Of a stretch of 64,000 nt of DNA, positions 32,521 to 55,165 are shown piece after piece; the first letter of the stretch is position 1; each line of letters opens with the position of its first letter. The stretch is from NCBI RefSeq assembly GCF_009914755.1, contig NC_060927.1; one strand, written 5' to 3'. Source of the stretch: the human T2T-CHM13v2.0 reference genome, Homo sapiens. Below the pieces are notes generated by a model, which was given only the letters and a program-made list of their open reading frames with translations, had not been told where the DNA came from and did no database searches. A program made the position numbers and the translations under genes.

Positions 32521-35500
32521 GAGGGTCCCAGACAAGAATCGGGCAGAGATCACATGTGACAATGTCCCTAATTTGGATAAGGAGTTAAGTACATGTTGAA
32601 TTGAGGCATGTAGTGTCATTTTTCATTTCCCCCCACAAGAAAAATGTCTCGACTTCCAGGAAAACCATTATCGATCACCCTGATTAGAATCCAGGGATGC
32701 AAAAATGGAAGGGGAGATGTGCCTTTATATAATTTTTTTCATATGAAGAACTGATTCCTCTAACTTTCACAGGTATGACTTTGGTTGTAAGCAGTTGAGC
32801 AGAGCGATATTTTTCTTTCTGCCTCTTTGGAAGTGAATTTTCTGATGAGGTTAGCTCCTTCTCTCCGTTTCACCCATGCGCTCACCAGCACAAGGTGGCA
32901 GGGTCTGCAATCAGACAGGAAGTGGCTGGTGTTGCAGTAATATTAGAGTCAGGGCAGCTCTGTGCCTTCATCACATCATGGCAGGGGAAGAATCAGAAGG
33001 TTCAGAACCCTGAAGACCAGGACTCCCATGCCTCCTCCTCATAATACCTGGACTCAGGTGTTCTCAGGCATATCCATTAGTATGAATTGAAGTCAACATG
33101 TGCCCCCTGCCAGGGGTCAGTCTCATTCTGAGACCTCAGTCTGCCTGCAGAAATAAGCAGTGAATGGATTTCAGGCATGGGCCCAAGGTTCAGGGGGATG
33201 TATGTGGTTCCTCTGAGAATAAGGAGGCTGTGTCCTGCCCAGGGTTGTCTCTGCAGACACCTCCTCCCTCTGCTTATATTCAGGGAAGGGTTGCAATTCA
33301 GCTCCTGCATATTGGGCTCATTTTGAACTTTAATGACACCAAAAACAAAACAGTTGACTTTGTGACTTGGTTTCCTTTGGGAGTTTAAATAAATATTACT
33401 ATAGAAATATCATTCTCCTTGTCCAAGGCTTCTCTTCTAAGAGGTGTGAAGATAGAGGAGAATCATATTGGATCCTAGCCTTTCCTCTATGGCTTGTGGA
33501 GATTTTGTGGGAAGGCCAGTCAAACATATGGGTGCCCCACGCAGACAGGTTTGAAAGACCTACCTGAGAAGGGGGTTCTGGTTACATCCTTGCCACCCCA
33601 CCAAATGCTCCCCAAGTCTTTGGGGCTCTATGATTCACCACAAGAGAGTGAGCCCCAGCATTTCAGAACTGACCAGATGCTTAGAGAAAATCTCATTCAG
33701 TGGCCTCAGACAGGAAAGAGAAGCTCAGAGAGGGAAGAAATGTAGCATCCCAAGGGGTTAATGGAAGAACTGAGGCTCAAACCCCTGTCTCCTGAACCCA
33801 GTCACCTCTGCCTCCACCTCCCTGCCTTCCTTGGCCTGAGGAGTGGCATTCACTGCAGCAGCCCAGGTCCCAGCCAGCCTTTCATCCCTGAGGCCCTGGG
33901 CTCAGGAGATCTCAGACTCAATCCTGAGGAGAGAAGACGGAGCAGCCTGTTGGAATGGAAGCTGACCCCAAGTCCACGTCCACAGAGATCAAGGCTCCTG
34001 GATCCGAGTCCAGTCCTCTGTTTTTCTCCCACTTTCCTTCAATTTCCAACCGGGGTTCCAGGCTTGCTACCAACATCCCAAGAGTGATATTTTTCGAAGG
34101 ACACCATCTGCCCATTGTATCAACCCCAGAGGATCTTCTTCCACAGACCCAGGGAGACCAAATAACAACAGCAAACCAAATATCGATGGCATCTGAGCAT
34201 GTGCCAGGCCATGCTTTAATCCTTTCCGTAGGTTACCTCCTTTAATTCGCACAAGCACCGTCAGAGACAGGTCCACGAGCTGAGTTTGCTAGGACCTTGG
34301 CTGGGATAGGACTTGAATTCCTCTGTGAAAATAGAGCCCACTCCGACCCCTTCCATGGATAGATTAGTAGTGGATCTGCCTCTGCTTTTGATGGTAAGAG
34401 GCTAGTGAAAGATTCTGGCTTGGGCCTTACACTAGGGTGGAGACTGAGCTAGGATTCGCCTCCAATACAGCCCCCCATGCCCCAGCCCGGGCTCTCAAAG
34501 GCTGGGCAAGGGATGGGACCTTCTTCCACCTCTTCACTCCCCGCCCAACCCAAACACACAGAGGTTTCTCCAAGGTGTGTATGCTTCGAGGTCAAGAAGA
34601 CCCAACAGTGGTCCAGGACACAAACCCCAGTAGGACCTGAGTCTCCAGTGCCTGCCTGAAGCCAGTCATTCTTCCTCACAGCTGGGAGGGGGTCAATAGT
34701 GAACACCCATGTGGCTCAGCAGGGCTGGGGGGTGCAGCAGCAAGCCAGCAGTGGACAGGCAGCTGAGCACTGCTGAACTGTTGGCCAGGAAGGCAGAGAC
34801 CTGTGGAAGGAAGGCCACCAGAGAAGGGTTCAGGTCTCCAGACCCCTTGTTCTTTTGACAGTGCTAGTGTGAGCCCATGGCTAAAATGAGCCTCACCTGT
34901 AAAGCTGAGTGAGGCCTCAGTTCAGCCAGTCCTGCCTTTGATAATAACAGCAGCTTAGAGCCAGCCCTGCCCTTGGGCCTGGTTCAGCCCCACCTCCCCG
35001 AGGAAACCTGCCTGGCCTCTGTCCAGAGCTCAGAAGCCACATCCCCAGGTCTGCAAGGCTCCTCTAACATTTATCTCACAGGCATCACTTGCCTTGCCAT
35101 TCACTTTTTCATGTGCATTTTTTTTTTCTATCAAATCTAATTTGATTTGGTACAGTCAAGGCCCTTTCACTGCCAGGATTAAATGTGATTTCTGTTCTGC
35201 CAAACGTCAACCGGTGGAGAGGAGCCTCAGCCATCACGCCAAGCCATTTGCCACTCTGATGGAGACACAGGCTGGAGAAGGAAGGCGAGGCCACTCTGCC
35301 AGCTGGTGGCTGAGACTTGCCAGGCACCCAGGGCTCCCAGCTGCCTAGCTGCATGGCAGGTCAGGGAAAGGAGGACAAATATTCTCTTAGGCCCTGCAGT
35401 AGAACTGAGGTCTAAGAACTGAGAACCGAACCGAATTCCAGAAGCTCTTTGTTCCCAGTTCATTTCCTAGTCCTTAGCCCTGCCCCTCCCACAGTCCCTC

Positions 35501-35639
35501 ACTGGCTGCCCCATTGGCCTGCCTGACCTCATACCCTTGGTTCCTGGGAATAGTGAATTGTTCAACTGGATGAGGAGGGAGGAGAAGAAAAAGAAGGCTG
35601 GTGGGTGGAGCAGATCTGAAGAGACGGCCCTGCGGCCTC

Positions 35640-36020
35640 CAGGTTTCCCTGAGGGGAAATAATGGTTAAGTCGGTGGGGAAGGGGGTGGAGTGTGGTAAG
35701 TCATTGGTCAGAGACTGGGGTGCAGAAATGGGTTTAGGAGTAATGCTGAGGTTGATAGTGGCCCAGGTAATAGTGGCTGGATGGAGGAGAGAGTCCCTGA
35801 GGATCTGGCAGTCAAGAATCAGGAGCCTGAGTGATGAGAAAGTGATCCCTGTGGAGGAGTCATCAGGGCGTGACAGGTGTGGGTGGAGAGGGGCTGTGGG
35901 GGGCCAGGCCAAAGCCCTGACAAACACTGGGCCAGTGGTCAGTGGATGACAGCATCAAGGAGTGGGGAGAGGACTGAGCCAAGTGGTGTAGTGGTGTGAA
36001 CCACACAGGAAGGGGGATTT
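35640..36020 (-). mobile_element. Probable decayed L2 ORF2 (endonuclease region) relic
   Basis: Purine-rich + strand. The minus-frame peptide (HPATITWATINLSIT...PFPTDL) loosely resembles L2 EN PTH..GHTLDL.IT...SDH. Confidence 0.3.
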
Positions 36021-38881
36021 CTCACAAACAGAAGGTGGGTGTGGAGCTTTGTATATGGCAGAGGAGCCAGGAGGGGCCCTGCCCTGCCTCCAGGCCTGAG
36101 TGAGCACGCAGCCCCCAGAGAAGGTGGAAGGGCAACGGGGTGCCGGCACAGAATGCTTGGTCCAGTTGAGGCAGCTGGGGGGAGCTCACAGAAGGAGCTG
36201 GGGTTGCAGTTTTCTGTATGTGGAGTGGCAGTTCCAAAGGGTGTAGTGGAAGATTTGAGTGGTAGGGAAGCTGAGGGCTGGAGTCAGAGGTAAGGGGGAC
36301 AGAGCATCATGGGGGGATGGCTCTTTAGCAAAGTCAGCTTCTAGAAAGAGGTTCTACTAAGCATCAGGATCCAACAGAACTTTAAATTGTTCCATTCTAC
36401 CTTCCTTCACTTCAGGGTGTCATTCACTCTCCTCTTTTTCTGGAGGTGGGTACCATCCTGTTTCTAGGGCTCCTTTTTCATTTTGCTGGAATGCCTCCTT
36501 GAGTAACTTTCAGACTAGGTGGACAGAAGCTCTTCTTTCAGAGCCACTGCACACATCCAAAAAGGAAGCTGCTGTTTGCTCTGCAACAGTGTAGCTCCCT
36601 TTAGCCTGGGAGGGTGAGGAGTCTTTGGGTGAAAATATTTTGCCAGACACACTCTCCTGTCAGTACTGAGTCAGGGAGCTGATGGGAAGGCCAGACCCTT
36701 GAGTTCTTCATCTAAGTGGAGGTGTCTTTCCCACACATCCTGCCCACCTCTGCTGTGGAGGTTTTGCCCATGCTCTATTCAGCTTCTCTATTGGACCTTC
36801 ACAGCTCCAGGAGCCTCTCCCAAAGGCTGCCCTGCTCAAACAGAGCTGGATCAGGCTCTGCAGCTGGGGCAGACAGGAACACAACTGTCCCAGATGTTGG
36901 GATTACAGTTCTTTAAGGATTACCCTATGTTTGCTCCTTGGAGCTTGGGGTTTCTCTGGGACTCTTTTGGTGAGAGCCCTGCACATCCCTGGTATACAAG
37001 GCTACTGGTCTCGTTGCTTGATTTCTCCACCATCCTGTTGCACCTGCTTCCTGTCTTCCTGGAATTTACCATAATGTCTGGCTGCTGATGGCCTTTCTTG
37101 TTTTCCAGCACTCTTATCCTGTCCCTCATGCACACGCATGCACACATGAGCGAATCTTCTGTCATTTCAGAGAGACGCTGGGTAGGAGGGGTGCAGTGTG
37201 TGGGCCCAGGCTGCCCCCTTGATCACACTGCCTTTGTCTTTGGAACAGCCCCACACGGTTCAGCTGGAACATTTGAATGGAATTTTTCAAGCACTCCCTG
37301 TTCTGGGTTGTCCCCTTTGGAGGCTTCTCACATCCTTGCTTTGCAGCGTTGCTAGGGAAGGCCATGCATTATTTAGGACTATTTTCCTGTGCAACACTCC
37401 TCTGCACAAGAAGTAACTTGATAGCTCCGTATCCCAGGGAAAATGAGGGCCCCACCTGGGCTGTGGGGACCATCTGTGTGGATGACGCTTGTTGGCACAG
37501 AGTTCATCTGAAGATGCTGCTTGTGTCCCAGCTGTAGTCACAACCCTTTTTGCTGGGGAAACAGTGAAGCTTGTCAACAGAAAACGCTCCAAATTCCAAA
37601 TGCTTCCTAGATGGGAGCTGAGGTCTCTGTTGGCCATGACAGGGCCAGTCGGTACAGGGATGCCATATTTTAGAAGTAGCATTACTACAGGTAATGATAC
37701 ACTTGACAATTTGCATGATTAAGTGGATTGACACCTAACAGATGCAGACCCTGAGGGCAGAGGAGCCAAGTCATTGAGGAAGAGATGACACTTGATTTGA
37801 GTCCAGAAAGATGAGGCATGTTCCTGGCAGGAAGTACAAGGAATGGTGTTCTAGGAAAAAGGAGCAGCATGAGGGGAGTCTCAGGGGCATGAAAGCAATT
37901 CTGAGGCTTCGGACACCAAAACCATAGTCTGTGGATAACTGATGAGCACAGTGTCTGCCACAGAGTGTGTGTGTGCTTGCACATGTGTGTGTCTCCTCCT
38001 CATTTCATTCCCTGAAAACAAACAGTGCTCAGGTCTATTTGAGTTCAGCTTTCAGGGCTGTCACTCAAACCCTCCCCTATCTGCCGACCATTGTCTAAAA
38101 TTACAAGAGAATTTCACCTCTTGACTCTAAGATGCTGATCTTTTTTCAAAATATAAATACAGGGTTGGGGTAGGGTAGTGACTTGTGTCTTGGCATCTTC
38201 TCACTGCAGGCAGAGAAGACTTCAGAGGGCCCAGGGAAGCAGCTTAAGCCACCAATCTCTGCACCAAGATCTCCACCCATTTCCATCACAGAAACAGGCC
38301 ATCATAACTGGATGCAATAACTTTCCCCATTTTATTGATAGCTAAACAGAGTCCCTGGGAAGTCCAATGGCTCACCTAGGGTTGTGCAGGTGGTCAGTGA
38401 TGGAAAATTAAGGAATATTCAGATCACTGGAGAACTTTTGAAATGATTACCTTGTCATATTTTTAGCACAGAACCAGACATCCATCCCTGGCTCCAGGAA
38501 ATCTTCATCAAGAGCAGAACATTGTTGTCAATTAGGATGATGTACTGAGGCATTTGTAGAACCACAATAAGTAAATTATGACTATTTTTAAGGGTGCTTC
38601 CTGGGCTGATGGCCTGAAATAAGACACATTTTAGAGAGAACACCTTTAAGGCAAGGGGCCTGTTACGTCATACCATCATCACAACAGCCCATAGATGGAG
38701 GTGTTGCTATCCCCATTTTACAGATGATAAAAATGTGGAGCCACATTTTTCTCCTCTATTAAATGGGTGTTGGGAGCAGAAACTAGGATTCCAAGCCAGC
38801 TCCTTCCCCCTACTTTTTCCCATTAGGGCAGGCAGGCAAATGCTTCACTTGTGTTGCGTCTCACCAAGTACTTCTGTCAGT

Positions 38882-39536
38882 GATTTTTTTTAATGTAAAC
38901 TTATTTTTGAAGTATAAGATATATGTAGACAGCACACAAATCTTAAGGGTGCTGCTTGATGATGTTTACAAACAACATGCTAGTAGAACCAGAACTCAAT
39001 TCAAGCAGCAGAAAATTCCAGCCCCCCCTTCCCAACCCCCAGGAATCCCTCATGCCTCCTCCCCATCACTACTCCCTTAAGGTCACCTCTGCCCTAACTT
39101 CATCACCTTGCTTTTGCTTCTATACAGAAGACGTCACACAAAATGTACTTTTTCTCACTCAAAGTTATGTCGAAAGATTCCTCCATGCTTTTACATATAA
39201 TTGTGGTTCCTTCATTCTCGTGGCTGATTAGTGTTCTATATGAAGTTACACAATTTATTTTTACATTCCACTGTTGATGGACAGTAGAATTGTTGCTTTC
39301 AGTTTGGTGCTGTTACAAGTAATGCTCCTATGAGCATTTGTGAATGAACATTTTGGTGAACATGTATATGCTTTTCTGTTAGGTGTTTACCCAGGAGATT
39401 CAGCAGTTTTAGTCAATGTGGCTAGTTTTCCAAAGTGGTTGTGCAGTTCACGTTGCCACTAAAAGCATTGTGAGCATTCTGGTTGCTCTACATCCTCATC
39501 AGCACTTAATACTATCTTTTTCATTTTAGTCATTCT
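38882..39536 (-). mobile_element. Ancient L1ME-type 3' end (host of the nested cluster), left part
   Basis: T-rich tail, then cacacaaatcttaagggt...cacaatttattt...ttccaaagtggttgtgc...catcctcatcagcactt. Confidence 0.75.
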
Positions 39537-42432
<2,896 letters not shown>

Positions 42433-43109
42433 TTTTTTTTTTTTTGCAGCAATATATCAATTTAATTTGTAAATGAGGTATAACAGGTACACTGCAAAAG
42501 ATATATAAGCATACTGTTCAGTGAATTCTTAAGTATATACACATGTAATCACCACTCAGATCAATACATAGATTCCCAGCACTGGAACAGGGCTCTCTTA
42601 TCTTTAATGTCAATAGCACCAACAACCCCAGCCCCACCATCTCACCCCCAAGTAACCACTATTCTCACTTCCATCACCATAGATTAGTTTTGTCTGTTTC
42701 TGAATTTTGTATAAGTTGAGTAAAATATAATTGTTGTATGATTCTTTTTACTTTATATTATATATGATTTATAAGATCAGTTATGTATAGTAGAAGTTTT
42801 TGTTTTGTGTGGCATTGCATTGTATTAATATACCGTAATTTATTTATCTACTCTCTGATGTACATTTGGGTCACTTCCAGTTTTTCTTTTATTATTATTA
42901 TTATTATTATTATACCTTAAGTTTTAGTATACATGTGCACAACGTGCAGGTTTGTTACATATGTATACATGTGCCATGTTGGTGTGCTGCACCCATTAAC
43001 TCATCATTTAGCATTAGGTATATCTCCTAATGATATCCCCCCTCCCCCCACCCCACACCAGTCCCCGGTGTGTGATGTTCCCCTTCCTGTGTCCATGTGT
43101 TCTCATTGT

Positions 43110-46926
<3,817 letters not shown>

Positions 46927-46989
46927 TATGATGTTAGCTGGCTATTTTGCTCGTTAGTTGATGCATTTTCTTCCTAGCCTCGATGGTCT

Positions 46990-48001
46990 TTACAACTTGG
47001 CATGTTTTTGCAGTGGCTGGTACCAGTTGTTCCTTTCCATGTTTAGTGCTTCCTTCAGGAGCTCTTTTAGGGCAGGCCTGGTGGTAACAAAATCTCTCAG
47101 CATTTGCTTGTCTGTGAAGTATTTTATTTCTCCTTCACTTATGAAGCTTAGTTTGGCTGGATATGAAATTCTGGGTTGAAAATTCTTTTCTTTAAGAATG
47201 TTGAATATTGGCCCCCACTCTCTTCTGGCTTGTGGAGTTTCTGCCGAGAGATCAGCTGTTAGTCTGATGGGCTTCCCTTTGTGGGTAACCCCACCTTTCA
47301 CTCAGGCTGCCCTTAACACTTTTTCCTTCATTTCAACTTTGGTGAATCTGACAATTATGTGTCTTGGAGTTGCTCTTCTTGAGGAGTATCTTTGTGGCGT
47401 TCTCTATTTCCTGAATTCGAATGTTGGCCTGCCTTGCTAGATTGGGGAAGTTCTCCTGGATAATATCCTGCAGAGTGTTTTCCAACTTGGTTCCATTCTC
47501 CCAGTCACTTTCAGGTACACCAATTAGATGTAGATTTGGTCTTTTCACATAGTCCCATATTTCTCGGAGGCTTTGTTCATTTCTTTTTATTCTTTTTTCT
47601 CTAAATTTCTCTTCACGCTTCATTTCATTCATTTCATCTTCCATCGCTGATACCCTTTCTTCCAGTTGATCGCGTCAGTTACTGAGGCTTGTGCATTCGT
47701 CACGTGGTTCTTGTGCCTTGGTTTTCAGCTCCATCAGGTCCTTTAAAGACTTCTCTGCATTGGTTATTCTAGTTATCCATTCGTCTAATTTTTTTTCAAA
47801 GTTTTTAACTTCTTTGCCATTGGTTCAAACTTCCTCCTTTAGCTTGGAGTAGTTTGATCTTCTGAAGCCTTCCTCTCTCAACTCGTCAAAGTCATTCTCC
47901 ATCCAGCTTTGTTCCGTTGCTGGTGAGGAGCTGCGTTCCTTTGGAGGAGAGGCGCTCTGAGTTTTAGAGTTTCCAGTTTTTCTGCTCTGTTTTTTCCCCA
48001 T
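46990..48001 (-). pseudogene. L1 ORF1, frameshifted
   Basis: ATGGGGAAAAAACAGAGC start; pieces EIWDYVKRPNL... and ...MERNNWYQPLQKHAKL*. Confidence 0.88.
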
Positions 48002-49149
48002 CTTTGTGGTTTTATCTATGTTTGGTCTTTGATGATGGTGACGTACAGATGGGTTTTTGGTGTGGATGTCCTTTCTCTTTGTTAGTTTTCCTTCTAACAG
48101 ACAGGACCCTCAGCTGCAGGTCTGTTGGAGTTTACTGGAGGTCCACTCCAGACCCTGTTTGCCTGGGTATCAGCAGCGGTGGCTGCAGAACAGCGGATAT
48201 TGGTGAACCGCAAATGCTGCTGCCTGATTGTTCCTTGGGAAGTTTTGTCTCAGAGGAGTACCCGGCCGTGTGAGGTGTCAGTCTGCCCCTATTGGGGTTG
48301 TCTCCCAGTTAGGCTACTCGGGGGTCAGGGACCCACTTGAGGAGGCAGTCTGCCCGTTCTCAGATCTCTCAAGCTGCGTGCTGGGAGAACCACTACTCTC
48401 TTCAAAGCTGTCAGACAGGGACATTTAAGACTGCAGAGGTTATTGCTGTCTTTTGTTTGTCTGTGCCCTGCCCCCAGAGGTGGAGCCTCCAGAGGCAGGC
48501 AGGCCTCCTTGAGCTGTGGTGGGCTCCACCCAGTTTGAGCTTCCTGGCCACTTGGTTTTACCTACTCAAGCCTGAGCAATGGTGGGCACCCCTCCCCCAG
48601 CCTCGCTGCCGCCTTGCAGTTTGATCTCAGACTGCTGTGCTAGCAATGAGTGAGGCTCTGTGGGCATAGGACCCTCCGAGCCAGGTGCGGGATATAATCT
48701 CCTGGTGTGCCGTTTGTTTAAGGCGTTGGAAGAGCGCAGTATTAGGGTGGGAGTGACCCGATTTTCCAGGTGCCACCTGTCACCCCTTTCTTTGACTAGG
48801 AAAGGGAATTCCCTGACCCCTTGCACTTCCCAGGTGAGGCGACGCCTCGCCCTGCTTTGGCTCATGCATGGTGCCCTGAACCCACTGTCCTGTACCCACT
48901 GTCCAGCACTCCCCTGTGAGATGAACCCGGTACCTCAGTTGGAAATGCAGAAATCACCCATCTTCTGCATCGCTCACGCTGGGAGTTGTAGACTGGAGCT
49001 GTTCCTATTCGGCCATCTTGGCTCCACCCCCCCAGTTTTTCAATATTACATATTAAACTGCTATTGGGTTGTGTCTGCACCAGCCAGGAGCTTTCCCTGA
49101 CACAGAAGAGGGAGATGATCTGAAAGTCTATAGGCAGCAGCAACAGCAG

Positions 49150-51383
<2,234 letters not shown>

Positions 51384-51756
51384 TTATGTTATTTTAATTA
51401 CATCTGAGAGTTACAGAATGAATAAAAATTTAGAAGTAGACAAACATATGAGTCCTCATTTTTACATTAATATATAAATATAAGTAGACAATAAAAAGTA
51501 GAAGAAAAGCCTATTTTTAGAAAAGACCAAATTAATAGCTCCTAACAGTGTCAGGGACATTTATTTGTTCATCAGTTGAGTCTGCATAGACAATCTTTGA
51601 ATCACCACAGCTGTTTGAGCAAACCTGGATTGGAGGACAAGCTATGCAGTTAACTCTGAATTTTGGCTAAATATTTGACAACTTCTAAGCAGATCCTATC
51701 AGACGTCTTCATCACTCCAGACTTCAGTCCCAGGCATCACAGGAAAGAGGATATCA

Positions 51757-51885
51757 TCATTTTAGTCTTCCTTGTTGGTATGTGGCAGAGTCATATTATG
51801 GTATTAATTTCTACTTTCCTGATGATTCATGAAGTTGAGCACTTTTACATATGTTTATTGGCCATTTGGATATTCACCTTTATGA
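51757..51885 (-). mobile_element. L1ME-type host element, right part
   Basis: tcattttagtc...gtattaatttctactttcctgatgattcatgaagttgagcacttttacatatgtttattggccatttg continues the element broken at 39536. Confidence 0.7.
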
Positions 51886-54047
51886 ACAATGATTCTTTTT
51901 CGGTTTTATCTTTAGTCAAAAAATAGTTCTAAGAATAGCTCCCATACTGGAAAATTCTGTGCTTCCTTTCCTATCCAGGTGATTATTTCCAAGCTTTGAC
52001 ATTTGGTAGTTCTAAGAAAAGCCTCAAAGCCAGGAGAGGTGAGAAAGAAGAGCCAAGAGAATGGGCGCAGCCAACGTTGGGCACTCTCCGAGCTCTTAAA
52101 GTTCCACAGTGGGGGTAGGAACTCAAGGACTTTCTCTGTGCACTTTGGAATTGTCAGTTTACTCTCCCCTCAGAAGTTCGGAGAGATGATTTATATTTCA
52201 CATTTAGAGCTAGCAACGTACTCTGAACTCCTTTTCCTTCTTCCTTTGGAATTTAGAATCTAGATTGATTTCAGTGACTGCAGAGAGATGAAGATAAAAG
52301 ACATTCTGTCCTCTTCAGCCCCTAATTGGGCAGGCAACACACAGGGAGTTGGGTTTGCTGACAAGGCTAAGCATTTTGGGCGTTGAATACCTATTATGTG
52401 CCTAGGGCATTAAAGTGATAAGAAAATCTCTTAAGGTCTGCCAATGATTTTGAAATTTTAACAGCTCAGTTTTCCTGATGCCAGATGGGGGACAGGGAGT
52501 GGGAGAACTGGGTACAAGGGTGTTGCTGGAGGAGAGATGGGGACACCCTGAGGGAGGGTTGTCAAATGTTGGCCTAGGCACAGTGATTGGGTGACTGGGA
52601 GGTGAGCGATCAGCCTTCTGCACCTGGAAAATAGGGCATGGCTGGGCTTCCCCTGTCCAGCCTCATTTTGTATGAGGATCGATATACTGTCTCCATATTT
52701 GACTATTCTGAAGATTTTGTACAAGTGGAATTATACAATAAAAATAATAATTATTTTAAAAAGAGAATACAAAAAATTAAAAAAAAAAAAAGATAAAAAA
52801 GAGGATACAGAGGTGAGTGTTTGGAGTCACTAGTGCTCCCTGCAGATAGCCTTGGGATCTGGCCTCAAGTGAAGGAGAGCTGGATGTACTCTTGTGCACA
52901 GCTTCCAAAGCATGCTCCCCAAGCCCCACTTTAATTTTAATGGCTCCCCTTATTAACTCTGCAGCTCAGGTAAATAAAAATTCCTATAAAACATATTCTC
53001 GACTCTTGACTACATTCCCATGTAAAAAGTACTTCACTGCAGGTTGTGATAAAAAAATGTTTGAAAGCTGCAGGCCTCGGGTGGATCTGTAGAGGGCCTT
53101 TCTCTGTGGTACTATTCCTATCACAACTCTTGTGTTAGTATTTACCACTCAACAGTTTTGTTGTATCTTAGTACATTATAGGATGTTTATGAAATATCAT
53201 TTATTCTATTACCAAAAAAGTATTAAGATGCAGGTTCAGGCTTCCAGCATACTCCTGGAGGACTGGGGAAACCAGGCCTGTACAAACCATACCAGATGCC
53301 ATGTGACCACCATCATCATCTTCCTTCCAGCTGATGCTAACTGATCAGCACTGTTCCTCTCCCCACAAACCTCCAGGCTGTCCTGTTTTATTCCTCCTTT
53401 GCCTTTGCCTGTTCTCTCTGCCTAGGATACCCTCCCCACCCTTATGTGCCTTTAACCCTCCTATTCACTCTTCAAAACCCCATTATGTGTCCTCTCTGTG
53501 AAGCTTTCAAACAGCTCTTCTATATAAGAAATTCCCAGTTTCTGTACCTGTATATTTAAGAATTATTGCATATATTACACTCTATTAAAATGATTCACCT
53601 ATTTAAAATCCCAGATCATGAGCCTCCACCACCCCCCTACCTGCCCCCACCCTCTTCCAGAGCTGCCTCTGGTGCTAGCTTAGTTATCCCTGTATCCCCA
53701 GGGCTAATCAAAGGGCCTGGACCAGAATAAGAGCTTAATAAGGGGGTCTGCAATAAACCTAGTTAAAGTTGGTTTAACTGGTCCTATGTCCAGTGGTTCC
53801 ATTATTTATGGATTTTAACTTACAAATTTTTCCAGAACTAGGTGCTGGAAGAAAATGTAACCCGCTGCTGACCATCAAGGAAAGCTATAGGGGAAGTTTC
53901 AGGGTTCACAGGCATTTCAGACAGCCTCTCAGAATCTAACCTGTTTGTAGAGGAAACCCCTCTGCAGATCCACCCAAGGCCACCAGCTTTTAAACATTTT
54001 CCATCATGACCTGAAGTGAGAAGTCCTTTTCACATTAAGACACACCA

Positions 54048-54355
<308 letters not shown>

Positions 54356-54668
54356 CTACATCAGAGACCAGAGACAAGGCTTTCATGAAACAATATTTAT
54401 CCTTGCTATGGGTATTGCTCCCATTTTCTCTTTTTTTAAAAAAAATTATGGCTGGTCACCACCCATTGAATTGATTTTGTGACTCTTTAGTCTCACTGGT
54501 TGCATTCCACAGTCTAATGAACACTCCTCTAGGCCTTCAGCTTATGTAACCAGAGAAATCTTCTCCAAGGAGAAGCCATTGACCCTGAAGGCCAGCTCAG
54601 AGGAGCAGGCAGGAGGCGGTATGCAGTGGGGGCTGGGATGAGAAGGTGCCAGGATGGCACAGGGCACA

Positions 54669-54694
54669 CTCTAACTGCTTCCCTCTCATTGCAG
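54669..54694 (+). promoter_or_regulatory. SPSB4: Branch point, polypyrimidine tract and 3' splice site of the SPSB4 terminal exon
   Basis: ctCTAAC (branch A at 54674), then tgcttccctctcatt, then gcAG at 54691-54694. Confidence 0.88.
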
Positions 54695-54822
54695 CCGAGC
54701 CCCTGCCACTGATGGACCTGTGCCGGAGATCCATCCGCTCGGCCCTGGGCCGCCAGCGCCTGCAGGACATCAGCTCCCTGCCCCTGCCTCAGTCTCTCAA
54801 AAACTATCTGCAGTACCAGTGA
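54695..54822 (+). CDS. SPSB4: SPSB4 terminal coding exon, C-terminal SOCS box (phase-1 start)
   Basis: Reads (P)EPLPLMDLCRRSIRSALGRQRLQDISSLPLPQSLKNYLQYQ* with TGA at 54820-54822. Contains the BC box (PLMDLCRRSIR) and Cul5 box (LPLP..LKNYL). Matches the recalled SPSB4 C-terminus rather than SPSB1. Not in the ORF track because it is an exon. Confidence 0.95.
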
Positions 54823-55159
54823 GCCAAGCCTGATGGGCAGCACAGACACAGACACACACCGCAGGGCCCGACCCTCCTGTCATTCACAGTCCCATGGCAC
54901 ATAGGGGAAAGGATCTACCCTTCTCCTGGCTCCCCAGGACACTCAGTTCTTTCAAAGACCAGGATGTGGTACCAACTTTGGAAACGAAAGGTCTCTTGCC
55001 AACAGTATCTACTGCCCTCGAGGCAGCCCTCCCAAGTCAGACACCTCCTTCGGAGCCACAGAGAGCCTGGAGTCTGCACCTCCTGGAAATCCTGCCACCA
55101 ACCAGGACACAGCAGCCACCGTATTGATCAGAGAGCCTGTTTCCTTATTCAAGAGAATG

Positions 55160-55165
55160 AATAAA
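55160..55165 (+). terminator. Candidate proximal polyadenylation signal (AATAAA)
   Basis: AATAAA in the 3'UTR followed by a U/GU-rich tract (tttctattgtgtg). Confidence 0.4.

Noticed and set aside
54529-54855. 108-aa minus-strand ORF over the exon
   Set aside because: Antisense shadow of the GC-rich SOCS-box exon; the + frame has the splice site and the domain match.
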